Source: Candidatus Eutrophovita brisbanensis (GTDB taxonomy: Bacteria; Pseudomonadota; Gammaproteobacteria; Burkholderiales; Eutrophovitaceae). From it: DNA of 64,000 bases. The notes below the pieces were generated by a model. The model did not search any database. It had not been told where the DNA came from and was given only the letters and a program-made list of their open reading frames with translations. The stretch lies in the NCBI GenBank assembly GCA_038147395.1, contig JAYQTM010000001.1:77863-141862 (forward strand). Direction: 5' to 3'. Shown here piece by piece: positions 48,783-59,589 of the stretch (within the stretch, counting starts at the first letter, position 1; each line of letters opens with the position of its first letter). The translations under genes and the position numbers were made by a program.

Positions 48783-49826
48783 TTAATTTTTGCCATAGAT
48801 AGCCGCAATGTCATCTAACGGAATGGGCTTTATCTTTGCCGCATTACCTGCGGTGCCAAATGCCTCAAACCGGGCTTTACAAATACTTTTAGCCGCGTCT
48901 TTTGCAGGCTTTAAGTACTTTCTTGGATCAAACTCGGCCTTGTCATCGTTAAACGATTTCCTGATCGCACCAGTCATTGCCAATCGAATATCTGTGTCGA
49001 TATTGACTTTTCTGACACCGTGTTTGATCCCCTCTTGAATCTCTTCGACTGGGACACCGTACGTCTCCTTCATCGCGCCTCCGTTTTGACGAATGATCTC
49101 GAGCCACTCCTGAGGGACACTCGACGAACCATGCATGACCAAATGAGTATTGGGGATTTTTGCATTAATCGCTTTAATTCTATCGATAGCAAGAATGTCG
49201 CCCGTTGGTTTACGGGTAAACTTGTAAGCACCGTGAGAAGTCCCAATTGCAATAGCGAGAGCGTCGACCCCAGTTTTCGAAACAAAATCTGCTGCCTGGT
49301 CAGGGTCAGTTAACAACATCTCGCGAGTCAAAGTGCCTTCAGCGCCCGAACCATCCTCTTTATCGGCCTGCATGGTTTCCAATGATCCTAAACACCCGAG
49401 CTCTCCCTCAACAGAAACGCCAACGGCATGAGCCATATCAACGACGTGTTTCGTTACTGCGACATTGTATTCATATGACGAGGGCGTCTTGGCATCCTCT
49501 TCCAACGAACCATCCATCATGACACTTGAAAACCCGGAACGAATCGATCGCTGGCAAACCGCCGGGGATGCACCGTGGTCTTGGTGCATCACAATTGGAA
49601 TTTCGGGATATTGTTCAATTGCGGCTAATATCAAGTGTCGCAGGAACGGCTCCCCTGCGTACTTTCTAGCACCCGCAGAGGCTTGCATAATCACCGGACT
49701 GTCTGTTTCTGACGCCGCCTCCATAATCGCTTGAACCTGTTCGAGGTTGTTCACGTTAAACGCTGGGACGCCATAACCATGTTCTGCTGCGTGATCGAGC
49801 AGTTGCCTCATCGAAACTAGTGCCAT
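48783..49826 (-). CDS. fba: Class II fructose-bisphosphate aldolase
   Basis: 347 aa with [15 protein letters not shown], the [10 protein letters not shown] Zn/His contexts, and the tkt-gap-pgk-fba operon context. Confidence 0.95.
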   Translation of the reverse strand: MALVSMRQLLDHAAEHGYGVPAFNVNNLEQVQAIMEAASETDSPVIMQASAGARKYAGEPFLRHLILAAIEQYPEIPIVMHQDHGASPAVCQRSIRSGFSSVMMDGSLEEDAKTPSSYEYNVAVTKHVVDMAHAVGVSVEGELGCLGSLETMQADKEDGSGAEGTLTREMLLTDPDQAADFVSKTGVDALAIAIGTSHGAYKFTRKPTGDILAIDRIKAINAKIPNTHLVMHGSSSVPQEWLEIIRQNGGAMKETYGVPVEEIQEGIKHGVRKVNIDTDIRLAMTGAIRKSFNDDKAEFDPRKYLKPAKDAAKSICKARFEAFGTAGNAAKIKPIPLDDIAAIYGKN

Positions 49827-49869
49827 GTTCTTCTGTTCCTTAAGTAGTTATCTAAGAATGTTATTGTGG

Positions 49870-51060
49870 TTAGCTCGCGGATTCGCTTGCGCGCTTTTCG
49901 AGAATATCTAGGGCGGGTAAGGTTTTACCCTCCAAAAACTCTAAGAAAGCACCGCCGGCTGTAGAAATGTAGTCAATTTTATCAGCCACACCGAACTTTG
50001 TAACTGCGGCGATCGTGTCGCCACCACCAGCGATTGAAAAGGCCGTGGAGGCGGCAATAGCCTGCGCCATCGCTCTGGTACCACCCTCAAAACTTGGGAA
50101 TTCAAAAACTCCTACGGGCCCATTCCAGACAACGGTTCCAGCTGAACGGATGATGTTTTCAATCTCTTTCATTGTTTCGGGGCCGAAATCAAGAACCATT
50201 TCACCATCCGCGATGTCGTCGACCGACTTAAGAACACCCGGCGCTTTCTCATCAAAAGACGTGGCACACACGACATCTGTCGGGAGGGGAATTTGACCGC
50301 CATTTCGTTCTATTAGAGCCGTAACTTTCGTGGCTTCTTGAACTAGGTCTTTTTCCGCTAGGGATGCCCCGACAGTCTTACCCTGCGCCATCAAGAACGT
50401 ATTCGCGATCCCGCCACCGAGGATCAAATGATCAACCTTGTTAGCAAGTGATGACAAGATTGTGAGCTTTGTCGATACCTTCGCACCACCAACAATCGCT
50501 ACGAGCGGCCGCCTTGGTGACGACAGGGCTTTTGATAAGGCGTCCACCTCGGCCATCACGAGAGGGCCTGCGACTGCAGTCTTGACATATTTCGCGATCC
50601 CGTGGGTCGATGCGTGCGCGCGATGAGCTGTACCGAATGCATCATTGACATACACATCGCACAACTTAGCCATATTTTGAGAGAGTGCCTCGTCGTTTGA
50701 TGTCTCTCCGACATTCATTCGACAATTCTCTAGAAGAATAACTTGTCCGGGCTCGATCGCTACCCCAGATAACCAATTCTTGGCTAAAGTCACTTCGAGC
50801 CCGAGCAGCTCGGTTAATCTTCTTGCCACTGGAGCGAGCGAGTATTTTTCATCAAATTCCCCCGCGGTCGGTCTGCCAAGGTGTGAGACAACCATAACCG
50901 AGGCTCCAGCTTCCAAGGCAAGCTTTATCGCGGGTAACGATGCGCGTATTCTCGTGTCATCCGTTATTTGTCCCTGCTCATTAAAAGGCACATTCAAGTC
51001 TGATCGAATAAGAACGCGCGCTCCATTGAGAGAAACATCGTTAAGTGTGAGTAATTTCAT
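49870..51060 (-). CDS. pgk: Phosphoglycerate kinase
   Basis: 396 aa with RSDLNVP, SHLGRP and STGGGAFLE-type ([15 protein letters not shown]) motifs. Confidence 0.97.
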   Translation of the reverse strand: MKLLTLNDVSLNGARVLIRSDLNVPFNEQGQITDDTRIRASLPAIKLALEAGASVMVVSHLGRPTAGEFDEKYSLAPVARRLTELLGLEVTLAKNWLSGVAIEPGQVILLENCRMNVGETSNDEALSQNMAKLCDVYVNDAFGTAHRAHASTHGIAKYVKTAVAGPLVMAEVDALSKALSSPRRPLVAIVGGAKVSTKLTILSSLANKVDHLILGGGIANTFLMAQGKTVGASLAEKDLVQEATKVTALIERNGGQIPLPTDVVCATSFDEKAPGVLKSVDDIADGEMVLDFGPETMKEIENIIRSAGTVVWNGPVGVFEFPSFEGGTRAMAQAIAASTAFSIAGGGDTIAAVTKFGVADKIDYISTAGGAFLEFLEGKTLPALDILEKRASESAS

Positions 51061-51080
51061 GCGTCTTTCAGTCTGTTCAA

Positions 51081-51114
51081 TAAATAAAAATAGGGCGTGA
51101 TATCACCACGCCCC
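51081..51114 (-). terminator. Hairpin plus U-tract between gap and pgk (partial terminator or processing site)
   Basis: The minus-strand RNA reads GGGCGUG-gugauau-CACGCCC followed by UAUUUUUAUUU. It lies 20 nt after the gap stop. Confidence 0.55.
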
Positions 51115-51134
51115 ATCTAAGTGATTGAGACAAA

Positions 51135-52148
51135 TTAGGATGCTGACATCAAAGCGACTGTCGTGTCGAGCATCCGATTCGAAAAGCCCCACTCGTTGTC
51201 GTACCACGAGCAAATTTTAACTAACGTTCCCTCAGATACCTTCGTTAACGTGGCGTCAAAAATAGAAGAAGCTGGGTTGTGATTAAAGTCGACAGAAACA
51301 AGTGGTCCGTCTGAGTAATCAAGAATTCCCTTCATGTTTCCGTCAGCCGCCGCTTTGACAATTTGATTCACCTCATCAACAGAGGTATCTCGCTTCGCCA
51401 CGAAGGACAGATCAACAACGGACACATTGATCGTCGGCACTCGCATTGCAAACCCGTCTAATTTTCCGTTAAGTTCGGGGAGCACTAAGCCGACCGCAGC
51501 AGCAGCGCCAGTTTTCGTGGGGATCATCGACATTGTTGCTGAGCGCGCCCGACGAAGATCAGAATGGTACACGTCGGTTAATACTTGATCATTCGTATAA
51601 GCATGTATGGTGGTCATTAATCCGTTGACTACACCTATACCATCGTTCAACGCTTTAACAACCGGCGCCAAACAATTAGTCGTACACGACGCATTTGATA
51701 TCACCTCATCCTTCGATGTAAGCACTCCATGGTTCACGCCGAAGACTACTGTCGCGTCAACATCCTTTCCTCCAGGTGCCGAGATCACCACCTTTTTCGC
51801 GCCAGCTTTTAAATGCGCACCTGCTTTCTCTTTGGAGGTGAATAAGCCTGTGCATTCGAGCACCACATCAACCTTTAAATCGCCCCAAGGTAACGCGCTC
51901 GGGTCTCGCTCTGCAACCACTCGAATTCTATCTCCATTAACGATAAGGTCTTGCCCCTCAATCGACACATCTCCGGGAAACCTTCCGTGCGCTGTGTCGT
52001 AACGAGTCAGGTGCGCATTTGTCTCAGCGTCACCGAGGTCATTGATAGCGACGATCTCTATGTCATGCTTTTTACCGCCCTCATAGTGCGCTCGCAAAAT
52101 ATTCCTACCAATTCGGCCGTAACCATTAATCGCTACTCGTAAGGTCAT
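51135..52148 (-). CDS. gap: Glyceraldehyde-3-phosphate dehydrogenase
   Basis: 337 aa with INGYGRIGR, the active site [12 protein letters not shown], and WYDNEWGFS. Confidence 0.97.
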   Translation of the reverse strand: MTLRVAINGYGRIGRNILRAHYEGGKKHDIEIVAINDLGDAETNAHLTRYDTAHGRFPGDVSIEGQDLIVNGDRIRVVAERDPSALPWGDLKVDVVLECTGLFTSKEKAGAHLKAGAKKVVISAPGGKDVDATVVFGVNHGVLTSKDEVISNASCTTNCLAPVVKALNDGIGVVNGLMTTIHAYTNDQVLTDVYHSDLRRARSATMSMIPTKTGAAAAVGLVLPELNGKLDGFAMRVPTINVSVVDLSFVAKRDTSVDEVNQIVKAAADGNMKGILDYSDGPLVSVDFNHNPASSIFDATLTKVSEGTLVKICSWYDNEWGFSNRMLDTTVALMSAS

Positions 52149-52208
52149 TCATTTACTCCTTATTCCAAATCAAAACTTTAAATAGGTTCCCCACTCCGTG
52201 GCCATCGA

Positions 52209-54206
52209 TCAGCTAACGACACCCTTCACTGCTTTGACGACTGATTCGATAGTGATTCCAAAGTACTCATATAGCTGATCCGCTGGTGCTGATTCGCCAA
52301 ATGAATCAATACCCACGACTGCGCCGTCTAGGCCAACGTATTTACGCCAAAAATCTGTCACGCCAGCCTCCACCGCGATTCTGGGCAAACCTCTCGGTAA
52401 CACTTCTTCCTTATAAGCATCTGGCTGTCGATCAAATACGGTCGTTGACGGCATTGAGACGACTCGAACAGACATCCCTTCACTGTCGAGAAATTTTTTG
52501 GCTTCCATCGCGAGCGATACTTCTGAACCAGTCGCTAGGATAATCGCCTGGGGATTTGCCGAATCAGATAAAACGTAACCGCCGTTTTTAATCTTCGCTA
52601 CCTGCTCTTCTGTCCTTTTTTGATGTGGAACGCCCTGCCGAGTCGCCAATAAACAGCCGGGCCCATCAGCGCGTTCTAACATCTCACCCCAGGACACGAG
52701 TGTTTCTATCGAATCACACGGTCGCCAAACATCAAGGTTGGGAATCGCTCGTAAACTTGATGCGTGTTCAACCGGCTGATGCGTTGGCCCATCTTCTCCC
52801 AAGCCAATCGAGTCGTGCGTGAAAACAAATAACGACCGGACTTTCATCAACGCAGCAACACGTAGCGCGTTACGACAATAATCTGAAAATACCAAGAACG
52901 TCGCGCCATATGGGATAAAGCCGCCATGAAGTGCGAGACCATTCATGATTGCCGCCATCCCGAATTCCCGGACACCGTAGAATAAATAGTTGCCAGAGTC
53001 TTTCGCGCTAACCGGCTTGGAACCGGACCACATCGTCAGGTTAGACGCTGCAAGGTCCGCCGATCCACCGATTAACTCAGGCAATAGCGGCCCCATCCAT
53101 TCAAGAGAGTTTTGTGATGATTTTCTCGTGGCTAATTTCGCGCCCTCTGAGTCCCATTTCTTAACCTCAGTTTGCAATGCTTGTGACCAACCTTCTGGTA
53201 ACTGCCCTGTCATTCTGCGATTCAGCTCTGCGATGAGGTCGGGATATTTTGAACCGTATACGTTTACTTTTTCAGCCCAAAGAGACTGCGCTTTTTCTCC
53301 AGCCACCTTCGCATCCCAAACTTCATACACTTCCTCCGGAATGACAAAGGGGCCATGCTCCCACTTCAACGACTCACGGGTTTTAGCAATTTCCTCCTCA
53401 CCAAGCGGTGCTCCGTGTGAACTCCCCGTATTTTGTTTGTTGGGAGAACCTTTCCCGATAATTGTTTTGCAACATATGAGCGTTGGTTTGTCGCTACTAT
53501 TTTTTGCGGCGTTAATTGCCTCATTGATTTGGCTGTGGTCGTGTCCGTCGATATCGCGGATAACGTTCCAACCGTACGATTCAAATCGAGCCGGCGTATC
53601 GTCCGAAAACCAACTCTTTATGTTTCCCTTCTCCGAATCGATGGATATGCCATTGTCGTCGTAGAACACGATTAATTTGTTAAGGCCAAGGGTACCCGCA
53701 AGAGAACACACCTCATGAGATATACCCTCCATTAAACACCCGTCGCCAAGAAAAACGTACGTGTAATGATCAATCAATTCGATATTGTCTCGATTGAATT
53801 CAGCCGCCAAAGTTTTTTCAGCAATCGCCATGCCAACGGCATTGGCAACGCCCTGGCCCAGAGGCCCTGTCGTCGTCTCAACGCCCGGGGTCATACCCAA
53901 CTCTGGGTGTCCCGGTGTTTTTGAATGCAGCTGTCTAAAGTTCTTTAGCTCATCAATGCTCAAATCGTATCCTGACAAATGCAGTAAGGAATAGAGGAGC
54001 ATTGAGCCATGACCGTTGGACACAACGAATCGATCTCGATTGAACCAGCCAGGATCTCTGGGGTTATGTCTTAAATGTTTTTGCCAAAGGACTGCAGCAA
54101 TATCAGCCATTCCCATGGGCATCCCAGGGTGCCCCGAGTTAGCCTTTTGTACCGCATCCATTGAAAGCGCTCGTATCGCATCCGCGAATTTCACATCGTT
54201 TAACAT
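52209..54206 (-). CDS. tkt: Transketolase
   Basis: 665 aa with [19 protein letters not shown] and GEDGPTHQP motifs. Confidence 0.97.
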   Translation of the reverse strand: MLNDVKFADAIRALSMDAVQKANSGHPGMPMGMADIAAVLWQKHLRHNPRDPGWFNRDRFVVSNGHGSMLLYSLLHLSGYDLSIDELKNFRQLHSKTPGHPELGMTPGVETTTGPLGQGVANAVGMAIAEKTLAAEFNRDNIELIDHYTYVFLGDGCLMEGISHEVCSLAGTLGLNKLIVFYDDNGISIDSEKGNIKSWFSDDTPARFESYGWNVIRDIDGHDHSQINEAINAAKNSSDKPTLICCKTIIGKGSPNKQNTGSSHGAPLGEEEIAKTRESLKWEHGPFVIPEEVYEVWDAKVAGEKAQSLWAEKVNVYGSKYPDLIAELNRRMTGQLPEGWSQALQTEVKKWDSEGAKLATRKSSQNSLEWMGPLLPELIGGSADLAASNLTMWSGSKPVSAKDSGNYLFYGVREFGMAAIMNGLALHGGFIPYGATFLVFSDYCRNALRVAALMKVRSLFVFTHDSIGLGEDGPTHQPVEHASSLRAIPNLDVWRPCDSIETLVSWGEMLERADGPGCLLATRQGVPHQKRTEEQVAKIKNGGYVLSDSANPQAIILATGSEVSLAMEAKKFLDSEGMSVRVVSMPSTTVFDRQPDAYKEEVLPRGLPRIAVEAGVTDFWRKYVGLDGAVVGIDSFGESAPADQLYEYFGITIESVVKAVKGVVS

Positions 54207-54337
54207 TGTCTTCAGGTCTTCCGGTATCAGAATCAGTAGGAATCACCAAGGTGACGCTTTGAGACGCCCCTTAGAAAGTCCGATATTTTAACGCATCGAG
54301 CGGAAATCCCCTCGGTCAACGCGCGCTAGTTGGCACA

Positions 54338-55588
54338 TTAGTCCGTGTCCGACTTTTTCGATGCCTTGATGCCTAGTTGTTTCAGTTTCCTGTAAAGGTG
54401 CGTTCGCTCGATGCCAGCCTTATTTGCTACCTTAGACATATTTCCTTGCTCTTTTGCCAAGTGATATTCTAGATATTGTTTATCAAACATCTCTTTGGCC
54501 GAGCGATAGTCTCGGTCGAAATCAAAGCCCAAGGCGTTGGTATCTTCTCCTCGCGAGGTTTGGTCCACTGCAGCGATCACATCCTTAACGCCAATTTCAT
54601 CTCCCGTTGAAGATTGCGCACACGTCGATACCGATGACTGAAGTTGGCTCAGATTCGCAGGCCATGAGTAGGACCGCAACTTATTCAGGGCGGCTACAGA
54701 AAAATATTTCTCTGGGTATTTATGCGACAACATTGCCCTTGCTATTTCGATGATGTCTTCTAGACGATCCCTCAGCGGAGGCACATTGACGACATATTCG
54801 GAAATCTTCTCGAAGAGATTTAGCTCGAACTTATCTTCAGAAACTAGCACGGATAAGGATTTTCGGGTCGAGGCTAAAATCCTCTTGCCCCCCGAAATAT
54901 ACTCCGACCAATCAGCGACTAACTTACGCTGTTGGTCTCGTGGTAGCGCATCGATGTCCCGGATAAAGGTAATTCCTCTTTCGATTTGTTTGGTTTGCGA
55001 CGCCTTCGGGGATTCCAGTCCTTCTTTTCCGTCCAAGACTATTATCGGTTCATCTCCAAGACTGAGCAGAGCACCAATCTGATCAATGCCGCACCCAGGT
55101 TCTCCAACGAATAGCGCTGGAGCTCTTGTTGTCTTGAGTGCATCTAGATCTTTTTTCAGTTTAATCGCTTTTTCAGTTCTTCCAAGCGTGACAAAAATTG
55201 GCTCTTGTGGCGACTTTTCTCGAGAACCGTCCCTGATTGCTGACGACACAGTAGAAAGAAGCTTTTGTAACGCGATGGGCTTTTCAAGAAAGGAGTATGC
55301 GCCAATGCGTGTGGCCTCAACTGCCGTGTCGATAGTACCGTGCCCAGACATCATGATGACTGGCATCGTCATAAGGCCCGTTGACGACCATTCCTTAAGC
55401 AGGGTCACGCCGTCAACGTCCGGCATCCATATATCCAAGAGCACCAGGTCAGGCCTATTCTTTGAGAACGACTCCCTCGCCTGTGTCGCACTCTCTGCTG
55501 TGACAACCTGGTGGCCTTCTTCTTTTAAAATTTCAGAGAGCAGTTCCCTGATGCCAATCTCGTCGTCTACCACTAATATTTTGCTCAT
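54338..55588 (-). CDS. ntrX: NtrX-like NtrC-family response regulator with a degenerate AAA+ module
   Basis: 416 aa with a receiver domain (ILVVDDE...DLVLLDIWMPD) and a C-terminal Fis-type HTH (NMSKVANKAGIERTHLYRKLKQLGI). Walker A reads GEPGCGID (no Lys), Walker B reads ITFIRDI, and no GAFTGA loop is present. Confidence 0.75.
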   Translation of the reverse strand: MSKILVVDDEIGIRELLSEILKEEGHQVVTAESATQARESFSKNRPDLVLLDIWMPDVDGVTLLKEWSSTGLMTMPVIMMSGHGTIDTAVEATRIGAYSFLEKPIALQKLLSTVSSAIRDGSREKSPQEPIFVTLGRTEKAIKLKKDLDALKTTRAPALFVGEPGCGIDQIGALLSLGDEPIIVLDGKEGLESPKASQTKQIERGITFIRDIDALPRDQQRKLVADWSEYISGGKRILASTRKSLSVLVSEDKFELNLFEKISEYVVNVPPLRDRLEDIIEIARAMLSHKYPEKYFSVAALNKLRSYSWPANLSQLQSSVSTCAQSSTGDEIGVKDVIAAVDQTSRGEDTNALGFDFDRDYRSAKEMFDKQYLEYHLAKEQGNMSKVANKAGIERTHLYRKLKQLGIKASKKSDTD

Positions 55589-56028
55589 CAGGAAGCCACT
55601 ACCTTTTTCGAGATATTTAAATCGCTCTGATTAGCGATAGGAAATTTTATTTCGATCACCGCACCCGTCTCCACATTGGATAATCGGACTTGACCATCAT
55701 GCTCCTCAATGATCTTCTTGACTATTGCCAACCCCAGCCCCGTTCCCTTTGCCTTTGTCGTAAAGTAAGGGTCAAAGGCTCTCTCGAGCACCTCCTCCGA
55801 AAAACCAGGCCCGTTGTCTCGTAGCACTAGTTCAACTTCTGCCCCTAGCGTTTTGGTTTCAATGGTCACGCAAGCATCATGTCTACCCGATAATGCCTGC
55901 TCGGAGTTCTGAATCAAGTTGTGCAACACTTGCCTGAGCTTACCTGTATCGCCATAAAAATCGGGCACATCAGGCGCCAGCTCAAGTTTAAGGTTTAATG
56001 TCACTTGCTCGATACAAATCCGCAACAT
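55588..56028 (-). CDS. ntrY: NtrY-like sensor histidine kinase, C-terminal fragment (HATPase_c / CA domain only)
   Basis: 146 aa with N-box HNLIQNSEQA, G1 DNGPGF and G2 GTGLGLAIV. It overlaps the upstream fragment by 41 nt in the +1 frame. Its stop overlaps the ntrX start (TGATG). Confidence 0.8.
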   Translation of the reverse strand: MLRICIEQVTLNLKLELAPDVPDFYGDTGKLRQVLHNLIQNSEQALSGRHDACVTIETKTLGAEVELVLRDNGPGFSEEVLERAFDPYFTTKAKGTGLGLAIVKKIIEEHDGQVRLSNVETGAVIEIKFPIANQSDLNISKKVVAS

Positions 56029-57769
56029 CTCTCACCAAGTCGTTTATGTTGAGTTGTATCGATTTACGCTGTGGGTTCCGTGAGTACTCGTTAAACGCAT
56101 TAACCATCGTTTTAAGCGCGGCGACTTGATCCACAATTGTTTTTATCGAACGATCTAACATTTCAGAGTCCGCTGGTTCAAGCTTGTTGGACAGACGATG
56201 CGTCAACCTCTCAGCAGAAAGCTGTATTGGCGTGAGAGGGTTTTTAATTTCATGCGCCAAACGTTGCGCCACCTCACCCCAGAGGGCAGAACGTTGCGCT
56301 TGTAGTAGATTCGTTACGTCCTCAAAAGCAACCACAAAACCAGAAATATTACCCCCCTGGAGCACCGCTCCTCGCACGAGCAAAATCGTTTTGCTACCGT
56401 TTATCTGCAATTCCGTCTGGTGTTCCCAGCTTGTTGATCCGCCCTCAACACTTCTATCGAGGATTAATTTTTTTATAGCTAAAAAGCCTTCTTGTTTCTC
56501 GTATTCCTCATGATCACTCAAGAGATTACCGAGGTTTCCACCGAGAATTCTTTGTGCGCTGGGGTTGTATGCCCTGAGTTTCAACTGATCATCGAAAGTG
56601 AGTACCCCAGCGGATAATGTCTCAAGAACACCTGTTAAATACGCATTTGCTTGTGTGAGTGCCGATTGATGCTGTTCGGCCGCCTCCCGCGCTTCTGACA
56701 ACTGCCCCGTCATCACACTAAAAGATTCCGTTAAGAGCCCCAATTCGTCTTGCCTACTGATAGGCGCCCTTTGTCGATAGTCGCCTTGCGCGACCGCTCG
56801 GGTACCGGCCGCCAAAAAACCTAGAGGAGCCGATAATCGATTACTGAACATGACGGCCATCAAGACGACAGACAGCAACGCCAAGACCAAAGACAAAGTG
56901 AGCGCCATGGTATACAACCGCTTCAAACCGTACTTCGACAGAGAAAGTTGTTGGTAATCTTGATACGCCTCCTGTACCCTCGCCGCATCTTCCGCCAGAT
57001 GTTGCGGCACAACCTGGATCGCCTGAAGTATTTGCATCTCCTCGTCAAGGCGGTTTATTGGCACAATCACTCTCAAGAATATGTTGTCGTCGCCATCCTC
57101 CTCAAATGCCGCGTATGGTTGCTGAAGTTGGGCTTGCCGCAGCATGGTTTGGCTGGGCGCGCGAGGTATTATGCTGTCGGTGCCGACACCTGAAGACGCG
57201 ACGATCTCGCCGCTTATCGAAAAAACAGTCGCTTCACTGATGGCCGCTTGATCCCGCAAACTGTGAATGGACGCCATTTGCGCGACATTTCCCTGATAAG
57301 AAAGACTCGCAGCCATTGAATCTGCCTTACTTTGCAGCTCCCTAAGTCCATTTTCTAGGTTGGCTCGCCCCAGATTCAATCCTCCCTCAAGCGCTCGATC
57401 GACCCGAACATCAAACCAGGACTCCACAGAACCAGCCAGAAATTTTACGGACACCGTGTACATCACTAGACCAGGAACCAATGCCACTAGCGTAAATACC
57501 AAGACAAGGCGAACCGTGAGTTTTGACCCAAAGACATTAGCCCTAAAGCGCCTGACGGTAACAAGTATTTGCGCACCGACCAAACTCAGCAGCACAACAA
57601 TTAGCGCGACACCAACACCAAGTAATTTAGGTAATGTTTGCGCGATATCGCTCGTCGGTGAAATTTGAGTGGACAGCAAATAGAGCAAGTAAAGGCCGAA
57701 AACAAAAGACCCAAGAACAATGGCCCGGAGAGCATTTCGTTTCAATGTTCTTGAAAAGTAACGGCGCAT
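55988..57769 (-). CDS. ntrY: NtrY-like sensor histidine kinase, N-terminal fragment (TM segments, HAMP, PAS, DHp with H-box)
   Basis: It has four predicted TM helices, a HAMP-like segment, a PAS region and the H-box LAHEIKNPLTPIQLSAERL. It terminates before any ATP-binding domain. The start is set at the ATG at 57769, 2 nt after the DUF4390 stop. Confidence 0.8.
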   Translation of the reverse strand: MRRYFSRTLKRNALRAIVLGSFVFGLYLLYLLSTQISPTSDIAQTLPKLLGVGVALIVVLLSLVGAQILVTVRRFRANVFGSKLTVRLVLVFTLVALVPGLVMYTVSVKFLAGSVESWFDVRVDRALEGGLNLGRANLENGLRELQSKADSMAASLSYQGNVAQMASIHSLRDQAAISEATVFSISGEIVASSGVGTDSIIPRAPSQTMLRQAQLQQPYAAFEEDGDDNIFLRVIVPINRLDEEMQILQAIQVVPQHLAEDAARVQEAYQDYQQLSLSKYGLKRLYTMALTLSLVLALLSVVLMAVMFSNRLSAPLGFLAAGTRAVAQGDYRQRAPISRQDELGLLTESFSVMTGQLSEAREAAEQHQSALTQANAYLTGVLETLSAGVLTFDDQLKLRAYNPSAQRILGGNLGNLLSDHEEYEKQEGFLAIKKLILDRSVEGGSTSWEHQTELQINGSKTILLVRGAVLQGGNISGFVVAFEDVTNLLQAQRSALWGEVAQRLAHEIKNPLTPIQLSAERLTHRLSNKLEPADSEMLDRSIKTIVDQVAALKTMVNAFNEYSRNPQRKSIQLNINDLVRDVADLYRASDIKP

Positions 57770-57771
57770 GG

Positions 57772-58362
57772 TCACATTACCCAGCGATACCAAGGGGAAG
57801 ACACCTCCCACTTATCAGATTCCAGGGCTTCCAACTGGAGCGCGCTTGGTAGCCCGCTGGCCTCAAGGCGAAGCCTGACTTGTGCTTCGTATTCAACATC
57901 TTGACTGATTTGTTCGACGTTAAATACGGCCCAATCTCGAATTGATCCTACCCCCTTCAACGCATCATCGAGTGTGTCAAAGTTCGCGTCGATGCCGCGT
58001 AACTTATCTTTTACCTGATATTGCCTTGTAAGCGCGTTGTAGGACAGTCTGTAGGGCAAAGAAGTCTCTACAACCATTTGATCCCAGAGACCCCATCGAC
58101 GATTTATCACATTAAAATCTAGAACAAACGGTAACGACACTCCCTTATTCAAAGCGTCCTGCACCTGCGGCTTAAGCGCGATATTGAAATCTGCGTTTAA
58201 AAAATACGTGTCTTCTCTATTTTGAAGATTCACCGATTGAACAACAATTCCCTCGGCGAGGAGTTGACTCGACCAACCAGCGAACACCAACACGATAAGA
58301 GCGCTCGTGACACTCCTAAATTTTTTCAAATAACGCGTGAAAAAATCCATCGTTATCTTCAC
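57772..58362 (-). CDS. DUF4390-family periplasmic protein
   Basis: 196 aa with a signal-anchor N-terminus. It occupies the conserved position between rsmB and ntrY seen in Betaproteobacteria. An alternative start lies at 58350. Confidence 0.6.
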   Translation of the reverse strand: MKITMDFFTRYLKKFRSVTSALIVLVFAGWSSQLLAEGIVVQSVNLQNREDTYFLNADFNIALKPQVQDALNKGVSLPFVLDFNVINRRWGLWDQMVVETSLPYRLSYNALTRQYQVKDKLRGIDANFDTLDDALKGVGSIRDWAVFNVEQISQDVEYEAQVRLRLEASGLPSALQLEALESDKWEVSSPWYRWVM

Positions 58363-58777
58363 CCGGAAGCATTAAGTGTCCATCGTCTCCGTAACCTGGT
58401 GACAATGCCGCATCTGTAAATTTGCCCAAAAACCATCGCACCTGATCCTGATTCTCTTCTCTAAAGATAGAGCATGTTGAGTACAGTAATTTACCACCCC
58501 TGTCCACGAGCTTCCACAGACTAGATAACAAACTTCTTTGCTGTATCGCGAACTGCTCGATATCGCCCTCTTTTCTACTCCACTTCACATCTGGATGACG
58601 GCGAGTAACCCCTGAGGCCGAGCAGGGTGCGTCCACCAAAATTCTGTCAAACAATCGACCATCCCACCAAGAGGCCACGTCACTCGCGTCAGCGACTTTT
58701 AACTTACACGATAAATTCAACCGAGATAAGTTCTCTGTCACCCGACCAAGTCTCTCCTTGTCTTTATCAAGCGCCAT
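58316..58777 (-). CDS. rsmB: 16S rRNA (cytosine967-C5)-methyltransferase RsmB, C-terminal fragment
   Basis: The fragment has FDRILVDAPCSASGVTRRHPD and YSTCS catalytic-Cys motifs. In the same frame, upstream of the first ATG, the DNA still encodes DGHRVLDACAAPGGKTTHILE (SAM motif I). Confidence 0.8.
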   Translation of the reverse strand: MALDKDKERLGRVTENLSRLNLSCKLKVADASDVASWWDGRLFDRILVDAPCSASGVTRRHPDVKWSRKEGDIEQFAIQQRSLLSSLWKLVDRGGKLLYSTCSIFREENQDQVRWFLGKFTDAALSPGYGDDGHLMLPGEDNDGFFHALFEKI

Positions 58778-58839
58778 CAGATCAACGTCCGCAAGCTCTA
58801 AAATATGCGTCGTTTTTCCGCCGGGAGCTGCACACGCGT

Positions 58840-59580
58840 CTAAAACTCTGTGGCCATCTGTAGGTCTAGGCGAATCGCTGTCGTCTGCGCACCCAAATCC
58901 TGGACTGAAACCAGCCCACCGGTGAAGCCCGGAATTTTCTTCACATGAACTGGCTCATCGAGAATGACAGCTTTGTGGAGCCCTTGAGTCGCACGCGCTC
59001 GATATCGTATTCCTTCGCGGTCGAGAGTTTCCAAAAAATCATCTGCCGCTAGCTTTCTGACATTGACTCGAAGAGTTAAATTAGGATGTAACAACGACTT
59101 AGCTAAAGACGCATCACCATGATGGCCCAACTGGTCCCGTACTTTTTTAACCCACCAAAGGGGATGCTGATGCGTCGCCCTTTCATCTAGAGCAGCAGCC
59201 CCCTTAATCACGTCCCTCTTACGAAGATAATTTCTCAATATCGCGTTAACCAAACCCGATAGCTTTTCGTGACCTAACCGTTTTGTGACATCAACGGCAG
59301 CGTTGACGACAGCATGATTAGCCGCGCGGGTATGTTCAATCTGATAAATCGCGACGAGGATAAGGTTCTCTACGCCCGTTGGTCTTTTTTTTGCCAAGAA
59401 GTCCAGTGCAAACATCAGAAACCCTAGATGCCGACACGCACCGTAAACCGAGTTTCTTACCGCAGCTCTGTCACCCTCTGGGGTATTCGCCTGGGGCCTC
59501 TCCGACAATACCTTCGTCAAGTTGTGACCAGCGCGAACGTCTGCCAAACACGCTTGAGCAATCAACTGAATCTCAATCAC
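58840..59580 (-). CDS. rsmB: RsmB, N-terminal fragment (NusB-like RNA-binding domain and linker)
   Basis: 246 aa ending ...GLVSVQDLGAQTTAIRLDLQ, then 5 out-of-frame residues and a stop. It follows fmt as in the canonical def-fmt-rsmB order. Confidence 0.8.
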   Translation of the reverse strand: MIEIQLIAQACLADVRAGHNLTKVLSERPQANTPEGDRAAVRNSVYGACRHLGFLMFALDFLAKKRPTGVENLILVAIYQIEHTRAANHAVVNAAVDVTKRLGHEKLSGLVNAILRNYLRKRDVIKGAAALDERATHQHPLWWVKKVRDQLGHHGDASLAKSLLHPNLTLRVNVRKLAADDFLETLDREGIRYRARATQGLHKAVILDEPVHVKKIPGFTGGLVSVQDLGAQTTAIRLDLQMATEF

Positions 59581-59589
59581 CGTAGAACT

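Noticed and set aside
52990-53664. A 224-aa plus-strand ORF.
   Set aside because: It is entirely antisense to transketolase. It has no motifs and is a shadow ORF.
54338-55588. Calling the response regulator a functional sigma-54 enhancer-binding protein (NtrC).
   Set aside because: The Walker A lysine, the Walker B acidic pair and the GAFTGA loop are all missing. Only an NtrX-like, sigma-54-independent role is supportable.
55086-55634. A 182-aa plus-strand ORF.
   Set aside because: It is antisense to ntrX and the ntrY 3' end and is a shadow ORF. The same reasoning applies to the other antisense ORFs in the track, such as 1593-1961, 9300-9803, 11666-12079, 40280-40705, 41352-41845, 43521-43880 and 63258-63674.
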